NCBI RefSeq assembly: GCF_018977255.1
Contig: NW_024704742.1
Coordinates: 41,666,001-41,730,000, forward strand
Length of the DNA: 64,000 bases
Reading direction: 5' to 3'
Origin: Callorhinchus milii
Lineage: Eukaryota
Shown here in pieces: positions 51,569 through 63,639 of this stretch; positions within the stretch are counted from its first letter, which is position 1; every line of letters starts with the position of its first letter. The translations under genes were made by a program, and so were the position numbers. The notes beneath the pieces are model-generated. The model saw nothing but the letters and a program-made list of their open reading frames with translations, was not told the origin of the DNA and did not search any database.

Positions 51569-51980
51569 AATAAAAACAGAAGTCACTGGGAACTCTCAGC
51601 AGGTCAGAAATCATCTATGAAAGTGAATTAATAATCCCTAAAAAAACCTAATAATAATTTGGTCACTCAATCCACGGCTGTTTGTGGGACACTGCTGTGT
51701 ACAATTGGCTGCCACGTTTCACCCACAAGTATACAGTCAATTCATTATAAAGTATATTCTATGAAGCACTTTGAGACAGGTAGAAGACGTGAAAAGCGCT
51801 ATATCAAATGCAAGGATTATTATTATATGTCGTCAGAATCTTTCTGACAAAAGATCATCGACCTGAAACGTTGACTCACTTTTCTCTCTCCATAGATGCT
51901 GCCTGACCTGCTGAGTGTTCCCAGCGACTTCTGTTTTTATTTCAGATTTCCAGCATCTGCAGTATTTTGCCTTTTGTTTA
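51569..51980. mobile_element. Inverted pair of Penelope-like terminal repeats with a SINE in the left arm
   Basis: 51569-51626 is the reverse complement of ~51885-51941; centre GTCAGAA-TCT-TTCTGAC; right arm matches the reverse of 62840-62975. Confidence 0.78.
51628..51827 (+). mobile_element. 5'-truncated tRNA-Ala SINE
   Basis: AATAATCCCT..GGTCACTCAATCCACGGCTGTTTGTGGGACAC..AAATGCAAGGATTATTA. Confidence 0.9.
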
Positions 51981-52019
51981 TCGTCGTTGTTTTTAATTTG
52001 TCCAATATTATCTTTGTGT

Positions 52020-52500
52020 CAAATGAGATTTAAACTTTCACCATTGATCCATTTACTTCTATGCTCTTTTATTTAGTATTCCTGATACATCTATCTGGGA
52101 CTGGTATAAACCATATTAGATACTTCATACTTTTCATGACCTTTACCTTCTTGACTATCCTTTTCCCTACGGTCAATTGTATTTATCTGCTTGAAATACA
52201 CTCAACATATTCTTCAGTGGAAAGTATAGTGCAAAATAATTTCAAGGTGCTGCCCTAATACTTCAACCTATTCATCCTCAAGGGATATTACTTTCCCTTC
52301 GTAATTTGTTGGCTATGAAGAAACTCAAAGAATCTCTTTCAATTTCCCTAACGACCATTGTGATTTCTGTTTCCAATTTTCTTTTTTTCACCCTGATTAT
52401 TGTTTTAGAATTTCTTATTTGGTTTTTTGGATGTTTTCCAATCTTTCTCCTTTCCAGTTCCCTTAAGTCATTTGAAATAGTTTTGCTTTTCATATACTTC
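52020..52500 (-). pseudogene. Highly decayed CR1 ORF2 fragment
   Basis: Minus strand SKTIIRVKKRKLETEITMVVREIERDSLSFF resembles the CR1 linker, followed by an AGTCCCAGATAGATGTATC (SPGPD.MYP-like) relic. Confidence 0.5.
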
Positions 52501-52854
52501 CTCTACAAGATTGAGATTTATAAGGATAAGAACAGATACGTATAATCAAATACAATGTGAAACATGATGGTTCCTAAAATGAAGGGACCATGGAAATGTC
52601 ACGCTAAAGAAGCCAAATGGTCAAGGAAGTACAGTATAGGGTGTAAAATGAGTTAGGCACAATAGAGTGTTGCTTGATTTACCTTTGGGGAAAGGGAGAC
52701 CTTTATGGAACCTTTGCTGGGAAAAATGAATAAATTAGCTGGAGCTCATGATAAAACAGATTGGATGTGTTCTGTGGAAGAAATGGATTTGATAGACCAA
52801 ATAGCTTTCTCTTATTTCATGCTTTCTTAAGCTTCAGCTTTATTATTTGGAAAG

Positions 52855-53250
52855 AAATCACTACATTTTTACAGCACATGGGAACACCTCAAAGTTCTTC
52901 ACGGGTAATTATTGTCAAGTATACTGAATATTTTTATAGGCAAACACTGGCAGCTGTTTACCGCAATAAGCTTCCACAAACATCCATGAGGTAATTGTTC
53001 AATTCATCTAGAGGACAACCAGAGAAACTCCCTTCCCTTTTTGAATGGTTTCAATACATTTTTAATGTACATCTGAACAGTGCGTTAGTTTAATATCTCA
53101 ACTGAAAGACCGTACCTCGAACAATACAGTGACCCCGCAATGCTGAACTGAAGAATCAAAGTAGGTTTTGAACTCAATTCCTCAACTGGGGTTTGAACTA
53201 TAGTTTAAACCTTTGACCTAGAAGGAAGAGAACGACCAACTGAGACAAGC
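52855..53250 (-). mobile_element. Old Deu-domain SINE
   Basis: AGTTTAATATCTCAACTGAAAGAC core; GGGGTTTGAAC B-box reverse; ACCAACTGAGACAAG head. Confidence 0.65.
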
Positions 53251-53594
53251 AAGCATCTAGGTATAAGTTTTTCATATTGTTCAGATCACGTTGTATTTGG
53301 TATTTAATACTAGTTCAACAATAATCTTCACAGCAACATCATCTTAACATGTACCAAGAGACAATACTGCATTTATCTGTTTCCTTTGACCCATTGTTCT
53401 ACATATTTATGAGCAAAGTAAATCATCCACTACTTGTACCCTTTTTTTCTCCCATAATTTCATTATTTGCTCAAAAAAATTCCCAATCAGTATATTCTAA
53501 ACCCCAAATTCACTTTCTATTGGTTAGTTAGCTGTGCTTCACTGCCACTCATTTTGCACTTAATCCATTGACTAAAATCATTGTTATTGACAAT

Positions 53595-53935
53595 TGGCGT
53601 CCTGTAGCTTTGGGGTTAGAGCATTCACCTCACAAATAAACCTGTGTTCGATTCGCAAGCAGAGCGAAATGTTGGGCAGTTTCCTTATTCAACACACCTC
53701 TGTTTATCCAACAGTAAGTAGGAACCTGGTTGTTAGTCGATTGGCGGATCGCTTTTCTGGGGGTAATAATCCCTTAAAAATAAATAAATAATAATTTGGT
53801 CATTCAATCCATGACTGTTTGTGGGACACTGTTGTGCGCAATTGGCTGCCACGTTTTACCTACAGAATATGGTCTGTTCTCTTTACAGTATATTCTGTGA
53901 AGCACTTTGAGATGTCTCAAAGACATGATTATTAT
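53595..53935 (+). mobile_element. tRNA-Ala SINE, long subfamily
   Basis: GGCGTCCTGTAGCTT..GTTCGATTC head; extra module CTCTGTTTATCCAACAGTAAGTAGGAACCTGGTTGTTAGTCGATTGGCGGATCGC. Confidence 0.9.
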
Positions 53936-54507
53936 ACTTCTTATCCTGCATATCCATAATAATTTCCAATTATTTAATTTTCTTGGTGACATTGGTTTCT
54001 ATTTATATGGACTTAGAGTTTCCTTCATCTGAAATTAAATAATCTCTTTTGAATAGTTGGATAACATTTTTCCTCTCCAACTGATTTTTTTCATATCCTA
54101 CTACATACTTGAAACCCACAAGGAATAATACTGTGTAGGTCAGTATATATATGAACCCTGACAAGAGGAACATATTATTTTATGCTGATTTGTAGATGTA
54201 CTGATTTTTAGGAAACAACCCCTCATATGTGAGTATCGGACAAATTCTCAAGTTGTAAACTTTTTATTTTCTTTATTAAGAAGTTTATTTAAATTTTCTC
54301 ATTCTATACATAACATTTATCCTTCTGTTCCCAGTTCGTGATGCTCCTTATGCTGGTGAAAAAAATATTAATGTGAGAAGGATACTGTTCTGCTTGCTTA
54401 CTGCCCCATTAAAGTTTTATGCCTTGTGGGTATCTTTGAGTCTCTTGACTCTACTCCCTTTACTCTTCTTATGCCGAATTAATTATGGTTCTTATCCATT
54501 TTCAATA

Positions 54508-54636
<129 letters not shown>

Positions 54637-55129
54637 GTAAATTGTTGTAAATCTTTTACAGGAGGACTGCTGCATGGAATTGTACATTTCTGTCTGACTT
54701 AGCTATGAATTATGCTCCATAGGTTAAGTTTGTAGGACATCCATTGAAGTATAGAGTTATAAAATCTAATGATCTAGCTTCAGTCATCACAAATCACCAT
54801 TACCTTTACTACAATATATTGGCTGAAAGTTGAATATGTGCTGAGACACATTTCTTCTTATAATTTGTTTGTGTCATTTCCCCAAATTTTCTTCCACACA
54901 AGTTACTTATTTTACTTCTTCACGCAGTCACTCCTTCTTTAGTCCAGGGTGTCAGCCACATTAGGACATTGACTGGAGTTGAAAGTGTCTCTGTTTCATT
55001 TGACCAATATTCTCTCCCTCAGATCATTCAGCCCAGGTTTATCATAAATATAACTGATACATTGAAGGATTGGTATCCACATTTGCAATCCTATAATAAT
55101 ATTCCTTTTGATTTATTTGCTACATATGA

Positions 55130-55980
55130 TGTATTTGATAAATTTGCTACTTTGTGGCTGCTGTGAGACATTGCTGTGTGCCAAATTGGCTGCTATGTTC
55201 GCCTACAAAATAAAACAACAAAATTACATTTGTATAGCACCTTTCACGTCGGGAGGATGTCCCAAGGAGCTGGATGATCAGTGTTTCAGCGTTTTAGGAC
55301 GTCCTCCAGACATAAAAGACGCTATACAAATGTAATATTGTTGTTATTGTTTCTGACCTGAGCTGGGGGTCTGGATCGGGTAGTGGGGGAAGGTGGGTGA
55401 TCGAAGGCACGGTCGAAGAAGACTGTCTTGAGATGAGTCTTGAAAGATGCAAGGGAGGGGGCGAGGCAGAGGGACATTGGGATGGAGTTCCAGAAAGTGG
55501 GGGCAGAGTGGCTCAAGGCCCACCCACCAATGGTGGGTGGTGGGGTGGGCAAGGTGAAGGACACAAAGGAGGCCGGAGCCCCTGAACGGAGCGAGCGGGC
55601 AGGTTGGTAGGGGGTTAGGAGGTCGTAGAGGTAGGGATAGGCAAGGCTTTGAGAGCTTTGAAGGTGAGGACCAGGATCTTTAACTGTATCCTCTGTGTTA
55701 TGAGAAGCCAGTGGAGTCGGGCGAGGATGGGCGTGATAGGTCATAGAGCCTGGTGTGGGCTCTGGATGAGCTGGAGCCTATGGAGGGAGGAGTTGGCGAG
55801 GCCAACAAAGCAGGGAGTTAGCATAGTGAAGCCTGGATGTTATGAGTGTGGGCATGAGGGTTTTGATGGCCTACAGTAGTGACAAATACAGTCACTACAC
55901 TTCACAGTAAAATCCTTGAAGCACTTTGAGATGTCATCGAGACATCAGACACCATATAAAATGCAAAAATTATTATTGAT
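55130..55980 (+). mobile_element. Deu-type SINE 3' half split by an L2
   Basis: GACATTGCTGTGTGCCAAATTGGCTGCTATGTTCGCCTACAAAATA | L2 | ACAAATACAGTCACTACACTTCACAG..AAATGCAAAAATTATTA. Confidence 0.8.
55213..55878 (-). mobile_element. 5'-truncated L2 LINE with an inverted second L2 tail (55287-55351, +)
   Basis: Minus strand TIGGWALSHSAPTFWNSIP..LASFKTHLKTVFFDRAF; tails in both orientations. Confidence 0.92.
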
Positions 55981-55999
55981 ATTATCATAGAACCTATCA

Positions 56000-56290
56000 T
56001 AACCCTTCTCTTTTTGAATCGCATAATTGGATTGTTAACATTCATCTGAGATCTTGGTTTGATGTCTCAGCTGAAGAATTGCAGCTCTAGCATTGCAGTA
56101 CTCCTCCAGCCAAATGGTGTCACCGAATCTTTAGTGTCCACTTGAGCATGCAGATGGGACCTCAGTTTAACATCTCATCATCCAACAACACAGGGCTCCC
56201 CGTAGACTGTGAGCTCAAAGTCTCGTCGTGCAGCTGGAACTTACAGCTTTCTGATCCAGAGGCAAGATTGCTACCGCTGAGCCAGGCACC
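56000..56290 (-). mobile_element. Deu-domain SINE pieces (partly duplicated core)
   Basis: GGTTTGATGTCTCA and CCTCAGTTTAACATCTCATC both present; head CTGATCCAGAGGCAAGATTGCTACCGCTGAGCCAG. Confidence 0.6.
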
Positions 56291-56627
56291 TTAGAACTGA
56301 GCCAGACTGGCATCTTAGATTTGAACTAGCCTTCACATCATAGCTTAAAGGAGGCACATTGTGGCTTTTACCATTTCAAGGTGCTTTGTCATTGCCAGTT
56401 TTGCAGTTCAATAAAAGTGTGTCACAGCTAAGCAATTTTCAGAGTAACGCTAAGCCTTATAACAAGAATTAAAACAAGTTCCCTGAAACTGTAGAATGTT
56501 TTACATCAAAGAACCTTTCAGTGATATAAAAAGAAAAGTTTAAGTAAAACTCTTTCAGTAAAGAAAAGTTCAATGAAACGTAATGAATTAAAAGCTTAGG
56601 CTGAAATTGATACAGAATTTACAAGAT

Positions 56628-56905
56628 AACAATAATCCTTACATTTGATATAGCTCATTTTACATTGGGTATGATGTCTCAAAGCATTTCCCAACATGCA
56701 CTGTGAAGTGTAGTGACTGAATTTTGTAGGCCAATGCAGCAGCCAATTTGTGCACAACAAACTCCCTCTAACAGCCATGACGTGGATGAAGTGGATGACA
56801 ACTATATTTACGGGATTATTGTCCAGGAGACTGAGAAACTCCCATCTCTTTTCAAATAACGTAATCAGATCATTAAAAATGTTCATCAAAGACCTCTATT
56901 TGATG
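56628..56905 (-). mobile_element. 5'-truncated Deu-domain SINE
   Basis: AATAATCCTTACATTTGATATAGC tail; GAAGTGTAGTGACTG; GCAGCCAATTTGTGCACA. Confidence 0.8.
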
Positions 56906-57976
56906 GGAAGGAATGAGAACTCTACTAACTGTATGAGATTCAGTGTAAACGTCAGATATACCGAAAGTATGAAAATTCACCCTTATCAAGTAAACTAATG
57001 TAACTGAATCACAGCAATTTACTAGCCCTAACCATAAACATATCTTTGATATATTTGTGTGAAAGAGGTGACATAAGAGACAGTAAAGAATAATATAATT
57101 CCAGACCATAGGACATTGTCTTCCTCTTTGATTAATACTGCAGTGATCCATTTAGAGGAAAGAAGAAAACATTCTTTATTTCAGGGAAATTATAGCCTGC
57201 CAAATGTCAATTGCACTGTAAAATAATTAACCTGCAGGCTAAATAACATGGATGCCTACACAAAGTGTTTAAGTTATTTAATGGAGCTTGAAGAATGATC
57301 TTTCCGCTAGCTACTGCCTTGACAATATCATCTGTGCAATACTTGTCTGCAGCTTATAGACACTAAGAGGTCAGATGTAAATGTCACTAGTTTTTCATAT
57401 GCATTAAATAATTTCATTTTACAGACTAGTCATTCACATTTCTATCTTAGGTTAATGCTTTCCCAACTGGCCTGTAGAATATTTCAGATGGATTTCTACT
57501 GTGCAGGTAATTGTTAGCAATTTAATATAAAGTGATAATATTTGACCCAATCTGGGAGTGAGACTGTGATTTCTACACAAGCAAATGTTTAAAAGGAAGC
57601 AACAAGGCAGAGATGCAGTTTATGATCCAAAAGCTCATTGATTCCATCTCTGGTCCACGCTGAGTTTGCTTGTCTCAGCCAGGGCTACATGGGCCATCCC
57701 AGGGTTAGAGAAGCCAGGGTTCGTGCTCCTGGTCCTCTACAATACCCTCTACAGTGGAGGGCCTGCCAACATTCACTGCCAAGTTGGGCAGGGTACTAAA
57801 ATGCAACAAGTGACCATGAAACCACAACCCCAATTCTCAGGTTTACACTGAATCTCATACTGTTAGTAGAGTTCTCATTTGCATTGCTGGAACTGCCATC
57901 CTTTGCATGAGACATCAAACGGAGATCTATGATGAACATTTTTAATGATCCAATTACACATTTTGAAACGAGAAGG
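56841..57976. repeat. Local inverted duplication (56841-56950 and 57841-57976)
   Basis: A 39-nt block 38/39 identical (56912-56950 vs 57841-57879) and a 21-nt block 21/21 identical (56868-56888 vs 57930-57950), inverted. Confidence 0.9.
57640..57830 (+). mobile_element. Second old SINE-like family fragment
   Basis: CTGGTCCACGCTGAGTTTGCTTGTCTCAGCCAGGGC..GGGTTAG..AGCCAGGGTTCGTGCTCCTG..GCCTGCCAACATTCACTG. Confidence 0.65.
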
Positions 57977-58297
57977 CCAGACTGGAAGCAGAGGGCCATA
58001 TGCCAGTGGGAAGAAAATTAGAAAAATTAATTGAAGATATACATTTTTATACAAGGAAACAGACAGCGATGATGTTAAGGGTGAAGTCTTTTATCAGGCA
58101 TGTGGATTTCCCTGTGGTGTGATGAAAATTTCTAAAAATTATTAAAACAACTTGAAAATTAAAATAATGATGTTAGGATGACACTCATTTGGCTGGGAAT
58201 CAAAAAATAAAACAATCTCTAAATTGGAAACAAGTGAGGGGAAATTCTACCCGGACTTAGATTTGCTCTACTTATGTATAATTTTAAAATGTCCAGA

Positions 58298-58468
58298 GGT
58301 CACTCAATCCTCGACTGTTTGTGGGACACTGCTGTGCATAATTGGCTGCTGTGGTCCACCTACAAAACATACAGTCAATTCACTTTACAGTATATTCTGT
58401 AAAGCACTTTGAGATGTCTCAAATGATAAGGCGCTATACCAAATGCAAGGATTATTATTATTATTGTT
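58298..58468 (+). mobile_element. 5'-truncated tRNA-Ala SINE
   Basis: GGTCACTCAATCCTCGACTGTTTGTGGGACAC..AAATGCAAGGATTATTA. Confidence 0.88.
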
Positions 58469-60303
58469 GAATTCAGCCTTAACTCTGAAGTTAGTTTTCT
58501 ATAAGAACTTACACAAAACCACCTTCAAAACTATGGCTGTATTTAAGAATTTGCTAAATTCTGGCATCTCTAAACTGTGGCATACATCAACTAATTCTGA
58601 AGCCCATTTATAATGGCTCAGAATCATTAGGCCTAGTTCACGTTCTGAAAGTAGATTGTGTTCATTATGTACTTTTGGTTACTGGAAGGAATCTCCATTT
58701 GAATTCAAATTCTTACTAGGGAATTTTGTTAGAAAGCAAACCATTTACTCTGATATTGACTTTGACAAATAACCAGGTGTTTGACACATGGTGATGAGTT
58801 TCCACTTTTGTTAGATACCTGGCTGACCAAAAAGAAAGATAATTTTCCAGTGGATGACTCAATGGACCATCTTGGAGATCAGGAAGTGTGGAGATTAGCA
58901 AGTGTGTAATGTTCACCAACCAAATACTATGATAAAAGGATATTATGTTTCAATGCAATACAGATCAAAGTGTTAATCTGGCAACTATTTATTATGCTGT
59001 TGCTTTTCAAGGTCTGATGTGGCCATAATCTGTTAAAAGTTATTATGTATGGTTTTAATACAGCATTCTTTTGACTGACCAACTCATGTGGCTCTCAGGA
59101 CACAATCTCAATGCTCCATGCCGCTATGCTTATGGTGGTAACAATAATGTTCATTGAGGTCATTGCTGTTTAAATGGCCCAAAGATAAATACATTTAGGG
59201 CTGTCATTCTGTCATCAATTCCATTGTGTGGCTTATCATCCAGCCACTGGTCAGACACAGACAACATTTTGCTTATAAACCTTCCCCATATCCATTTCAT
59301 TTCATTTTGTGTTCAGATAATTAACAATTGACAGACTATCTCTGTATGCTCTCTAACAGAGACCCAATTTCTTTATTGCTTGCTCATAATAGCCTGTTTT
59401 CACACTGTGGCTGAGAAAATCTTCTAATCAATTTGTCTGAATATAAAATGCACTCAAGTGTAACACAAGTAGGCTGGTGCTTTTATTGAGGAATAATTCA
59501 AGACAAATAGAAGCAGTTATGATCACTTATATAATGAACCTGCAAGCCTGACATTAAACATTATGAGAAGAGATGTTATAAAGAAACAAACGCATGCTTG
59601 AGATTTTCGCACACTACAGTCCAAGGGGAAAAAAAGTCTTTCAAAACATCATCCCATCTGAAACCTCACAATCCTTTGATAGGAAGCAACAGAAAATTAT
59701 ACAATAGGGAGTTGAGAAGAAAAGGAAATAATTATTAATTCCACCTTTAATTTAAAAATATCCTGCCACTTGCAATGTGTTGTCAATCGAACTGACATCA
59801 GGAGAGAAAAAAAGAAAAAAAGGTCAAAATAACTTTGTTCAGTTGAATAGACTGACACATGTTTGATGCCTGCACTACCCCATTGTACTGTTGCTCTGAG
59901 TATCTGATTTTCCCACAGCCCCCTACTGTTTGTGACTGGTCATTTCCTTAGCACTGATTGATGGTTCGGGTCATTGCCTAGGTGTTCAAGGCTAGGAACT
60001 GACTGGTTGTTCAGATTGTGAGTGGGGCTCAGATTTCTCCCACAAACCTCAGTGAAGAAACTCAGACAAAGAACTTCCTCAGGACACTGCAGGCTGTATA
60101 TTACAACAGGTTATTGTCAGAGCCCATATTTTACTGAGTACGGATACACTATCTACTGGAGGAGGAAGGTAGAAATGAGCTCTCGATGTGCAAAACCTAA
60201 CAAAGTCAGGAACCTCAGAAAACAAACTAACAGTTGCTAAAGACAGTCAGATTTCTTTTCTGACAGCAAATAAGCAGCAGCAGAAAATGAAAAGTGACAT
60301 GTT

Positions 60304-60304
<1 letters not shown>

Positions 60305-60370
<66 letters not shown>

Positions 60371-60395
60371 TTAACTAACTAACTAACTAACTAAC
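60305..60395. repeat. (AACT)n microsatellite, ~22 units
   Basis: Tandem array with one AATT variant. Confidence 0.97.
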
Positions 60396-60984
60396 CCAAA
60401 TTGATTTAAGGTGAAATTATCAATATGGGTATCAATATAACTTTGCAGCTCCATTCTGAAATATGTAGAGTTAATAATATACTTTAATGTATATTTCAAT
60501 AATATACAATCTTTTTTAAATGTTCCAAAACTATTTTCCAGAGACTGAGCTGAGGTCTAACATGCAAATATATTCAAATCTTGACAGAATTATATTAAAG
60601 CTGGAGTCATTGGGACCCCATTCAATTATTGGTACTTGATCTTTAGTATGTTTTTTAAACAGACTACTTATACTCTTTGTAACGTGAAGGAATTACTGAA
60701 TTTCACAGTGAGCTATTCTGCCAATATCCATTTCTTTCACCCGGCAGTTGGGGCTAAAGCACAGGATTTCTAATGCATCTTCTTACAGATCACAATATTG
60801 GTCTGGATGAAGAAGGCTCTTTGGCCCATCCAATCTCATCCCTCTAGCACACCCACCCACCATCCCCTCATCACTGTATCATGCTATTTTATAAATGAGT
60901 CTAGTATCCTGCCTCTACTGTGATTTACCTTAAAGTGTAGTGACTGTATTTTGCAGGTCATCTCGGCATCATCATTGCATTAGC

Positions 60985-61205
60985 AATGAAGAGGTTATAA
61001 CTTGGTTAAGAATAAACCTCATCCGAGTCAAATCTCAGCTTTATTGGCAGACCTTCCTCTTTGACCATTCTTACCCCCAATGCTCTTTTCTTCCAAACCT
61101 CTTGATTCCAACTGCCAGCTCGGGTGCAAACCCTTGACTGTCTACTGCCTTGGGACATTCTCCCCACTTGAAAGGTGCTATATAAATGCAATTTGTTGTT
61201 GTTGT
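60985..61205 (+). mobile_element. L2 3' fragment
   Basis: AGACCTTCCTCTTTGACCAT..GCCTTGGGACATTCTCCCCACTTGAAAGGTGCTATATAAATGCAA plus (TTG)n. Confidence 0.8.
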
Positions 61206-61829
61206 GAGGTGAATTGCTACTGATGGGTGTGATGGACTGGTCCATCACACAAGTGACCCACCTGCTCAGCTGAATGGGAGCACATAGCAGTAAACACAGC
61301 AATGGGGAATTCTAATCTTTAATGGGCCGTATTGTTCTCTGTTTTGTGATCTACCTATCACTCAATGTTTGGTCTATTGTATTTGAAAGGAAAACAGTGT
61401 TTACTGGTTCTCCTGCCTTTGCTTTGAGGGTTAATAGAATGGAAATCTATGAAGCAGTATGCTGGACAGGTTTAATGATTTTTTTAAAAGTAGATTAACA
61501 AATACTTTGTGAAAACTTTATGGCCAGCTGTAAAATATTACTTGTATTTCGAAAAAAATTTTACTGGCTAATTATCCTCAGATTTACCAGTGGAATTTTA
61601 ATTCATGCTTCCGTTGGGAGGAGGTGGACTCTGCACAGTTGCGCCTTGCTAATGGTAAGGCAGCAGGTGCGGTCAGCATTAATGCTGAGTTCGTAATAGG
61701 GGGGAGCAAAGAACAGTCAGGATCTTACAGATCCATGCCAGGAACCTCCAACTCTCCTTAGCGCTGCCCTCCTAACGCTGATCAACAGGACACACTCTGA
61801 GGTATATACTCCGTCAGTGTTCCAGAGTG

Positions 61830-61985
61830 CAATTGGCTATCCACCCAAGTGGCTATTGCTCATGTGTGAGCCTTGCAGTGAGGGTCATGAAGCCACTGAG
61901 AATAGCAAACTCGGAGCAAGAACGGGATTTAGAACCTTCAAGTTTCCATATCAGGAACTCTCTGCTCTAACCATGACAAGATCAG
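61830..61985 (-). mobile_element. Second old SINE-like family fragment
   Basis: CCCAAGTGGCTATTGCTCATGTGTGAGCCTTGCAGTGAG is the reverse of the 5270-5310 motif. Confidence 0.55.
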
Positions 61986-62839
61986 TGCCGCTCTATATGC
62001 TTGGATTTTAATGGCAGTGGAATAGCGCTGTGTGCTGTCTTAAGCAGCTGCGTGGTCAATCTTAGCTGTGCTACTATGGGAATTGGCAAGCAAAGGGAAG
62101 ATGGAAGGAGGGGAGAATACGAGCGAGGAATGCCTGTTTGTGCCTCCTGCAGGCTGATTTCAGTGCAGCATAAGTAGAGTTGCTGGAGCTTGTTTTACCA
62201 AGATATGGGACTTGTCGTGGGGACCCAATGAAGGAGAAAGAGAAAGTTAAAGAGACAATGTTTTGTGTTGCAGGCTTTGAAATTAATATATTGATTTTGG
62301 AAAAAGAAACACTTTATCACCTTGGTTTCACTGACAAAGTGGGTGGGTGGTAGTTGCAGAGACTGAAAGATGAGAAGTACAGATGTCTCAATTGTTGTAA
62401 CTGATGGTTTGACAATTGTGGAAACATGAAGATTATTTGTACAGTTCACAGAACACATGTGGTAAGAAAATCATCATTTAAATCGCTAAACCTTGGCTCA
62501 TGATGTGGGTGTTCTGACAGAACAGAAAATAGTCTTCTCTTTTTACATTAAAGGGGCACTATCGGTCAATGGGGAGAATCTGTGAGGCAGAGAGATTCTA
62601 TTCTGGAAATCTGCTAACGTGCTGCAATTTTGACCAGCACGGCAAGTTTGCTTTACAACACACACTAAAGACTTGAAATTCTACCTGGTCCCAGCTTGTA
62701 AGAAGAGATTGTTAAATTTTAAGATTGCCCATCAGTGTAGAAAATTCTCAAATTCTGCCTTAATATGGAAGCCCATTTTCAATTTTTAAAAAGAGATGAA
62801 AAAGGCTCCCAAATTAAGACTAAATTTCAGAAATAAACG

Positions 62840-63060
62840 AAAGACAAAATACTGCAGATGCTGGGAACCTGAAATAAAACAGAAGTCGCTTCGAACACGC
62901 AGCAGATCAGGCAGCATTTATGGAGAGAGGAAAATGAGTTAACGTTTCAGGTCGATGACCTTTCGTCAGAACTGGGGGATGTTGGAAGGGAGCAGATTAT
63001 GAGGACAAGCAGAGAAGGGGGTGGAGAAAGAAAGACAAACAAAAAACTAAGGTGGAGATT
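62840..63060 (-). mobile_element. Penelope-like element terminal repeat
   Basis: AAAATACTGCAGATGCTGG.AACCTGAAATAAAACAGAAG..CAGGCAGCATTTATGGAGAGAG..GTTAACGTTTCAGGTCGATGACCTTTCGTCAGAACTG, recognised as a shark Penelope-type repeat; contains a hammerhead. Confidence 0.78.
62937..62973 (-). ncRNA. Minimal type-I hammerhead ribozyme
   Basis: AGUU-CUGACGA-A-AGGUC(AUC)GACCU-GAAAC-GUU-AACU: stem I AGUU/AACU, CUGANGA core, 5-bp stem II, GAAA, loopless palindromic stem III (ACGU), GUU triplet. Confidence 0.8.
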
Positions 63061-63469
63061 GTTTGTTTGAGATTGCAGAACTTTGTAAATCAAGGGGAAA
63101 TTTAACCTCTTTCGATTACTGATTTCTGTAAGCTCTTTAAGCAGTCGTGAAGAAGCTGAAAGTTGTAAAAATATTGTGGTGCTTCTATTTGCACATGCAA
63201 GTGTCCTGTTAGTGAGCTCACCTGGGGATCGCATGTGCTGCACTCACCACATTGAACACTGGGCCACTCAATGAGGTATGATGGTGGGTGACCCACGTGC
63301 CGTATTATGTCACTGCTCGGCTCAAGAAGCGAACTTGGAGGTAAAGATTGCAAGGGTCATCCTCCTGAAGTGTTCACTCATACCAGTATCTGGAGGTTGC
63401 GCTAGACACCTAACTTTGCTTGTACACTATCCTTCAGGACCACGTTGCCAAGAGATGAAGGGAACGCTA

Positions 63470-63592
63470 TAATAAATAATAATAATAATCCTTGCATTTG
63501 ATATAGCACCTTATCACGTCTTTGAGACGTCTCAAAATGCTTCACAGAATAAACCATAAAGTGAATTAAATGTATATTTTGTGGACAAAATA
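63470..63592 (-). mobile_element. SINE 3' fragment
   Basis: (AAT)n CCTTGCATTTGATATAGCACC..GAGACGTCTCAAA. Confidence 0.85.
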
Positions 63593-63639
63593 TATCTGGG
63601 TGGGCGAAATATATTCAAATTTTGCAGGCGAAATATGCT

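Noticed and set aside
63102..63353. CGEC...GHLH zinc-finger-like peptide on the minus strand
   Set aside because: Spacing does not fit C2H2 and there is no supporting splice structure or homology that I can recognise.
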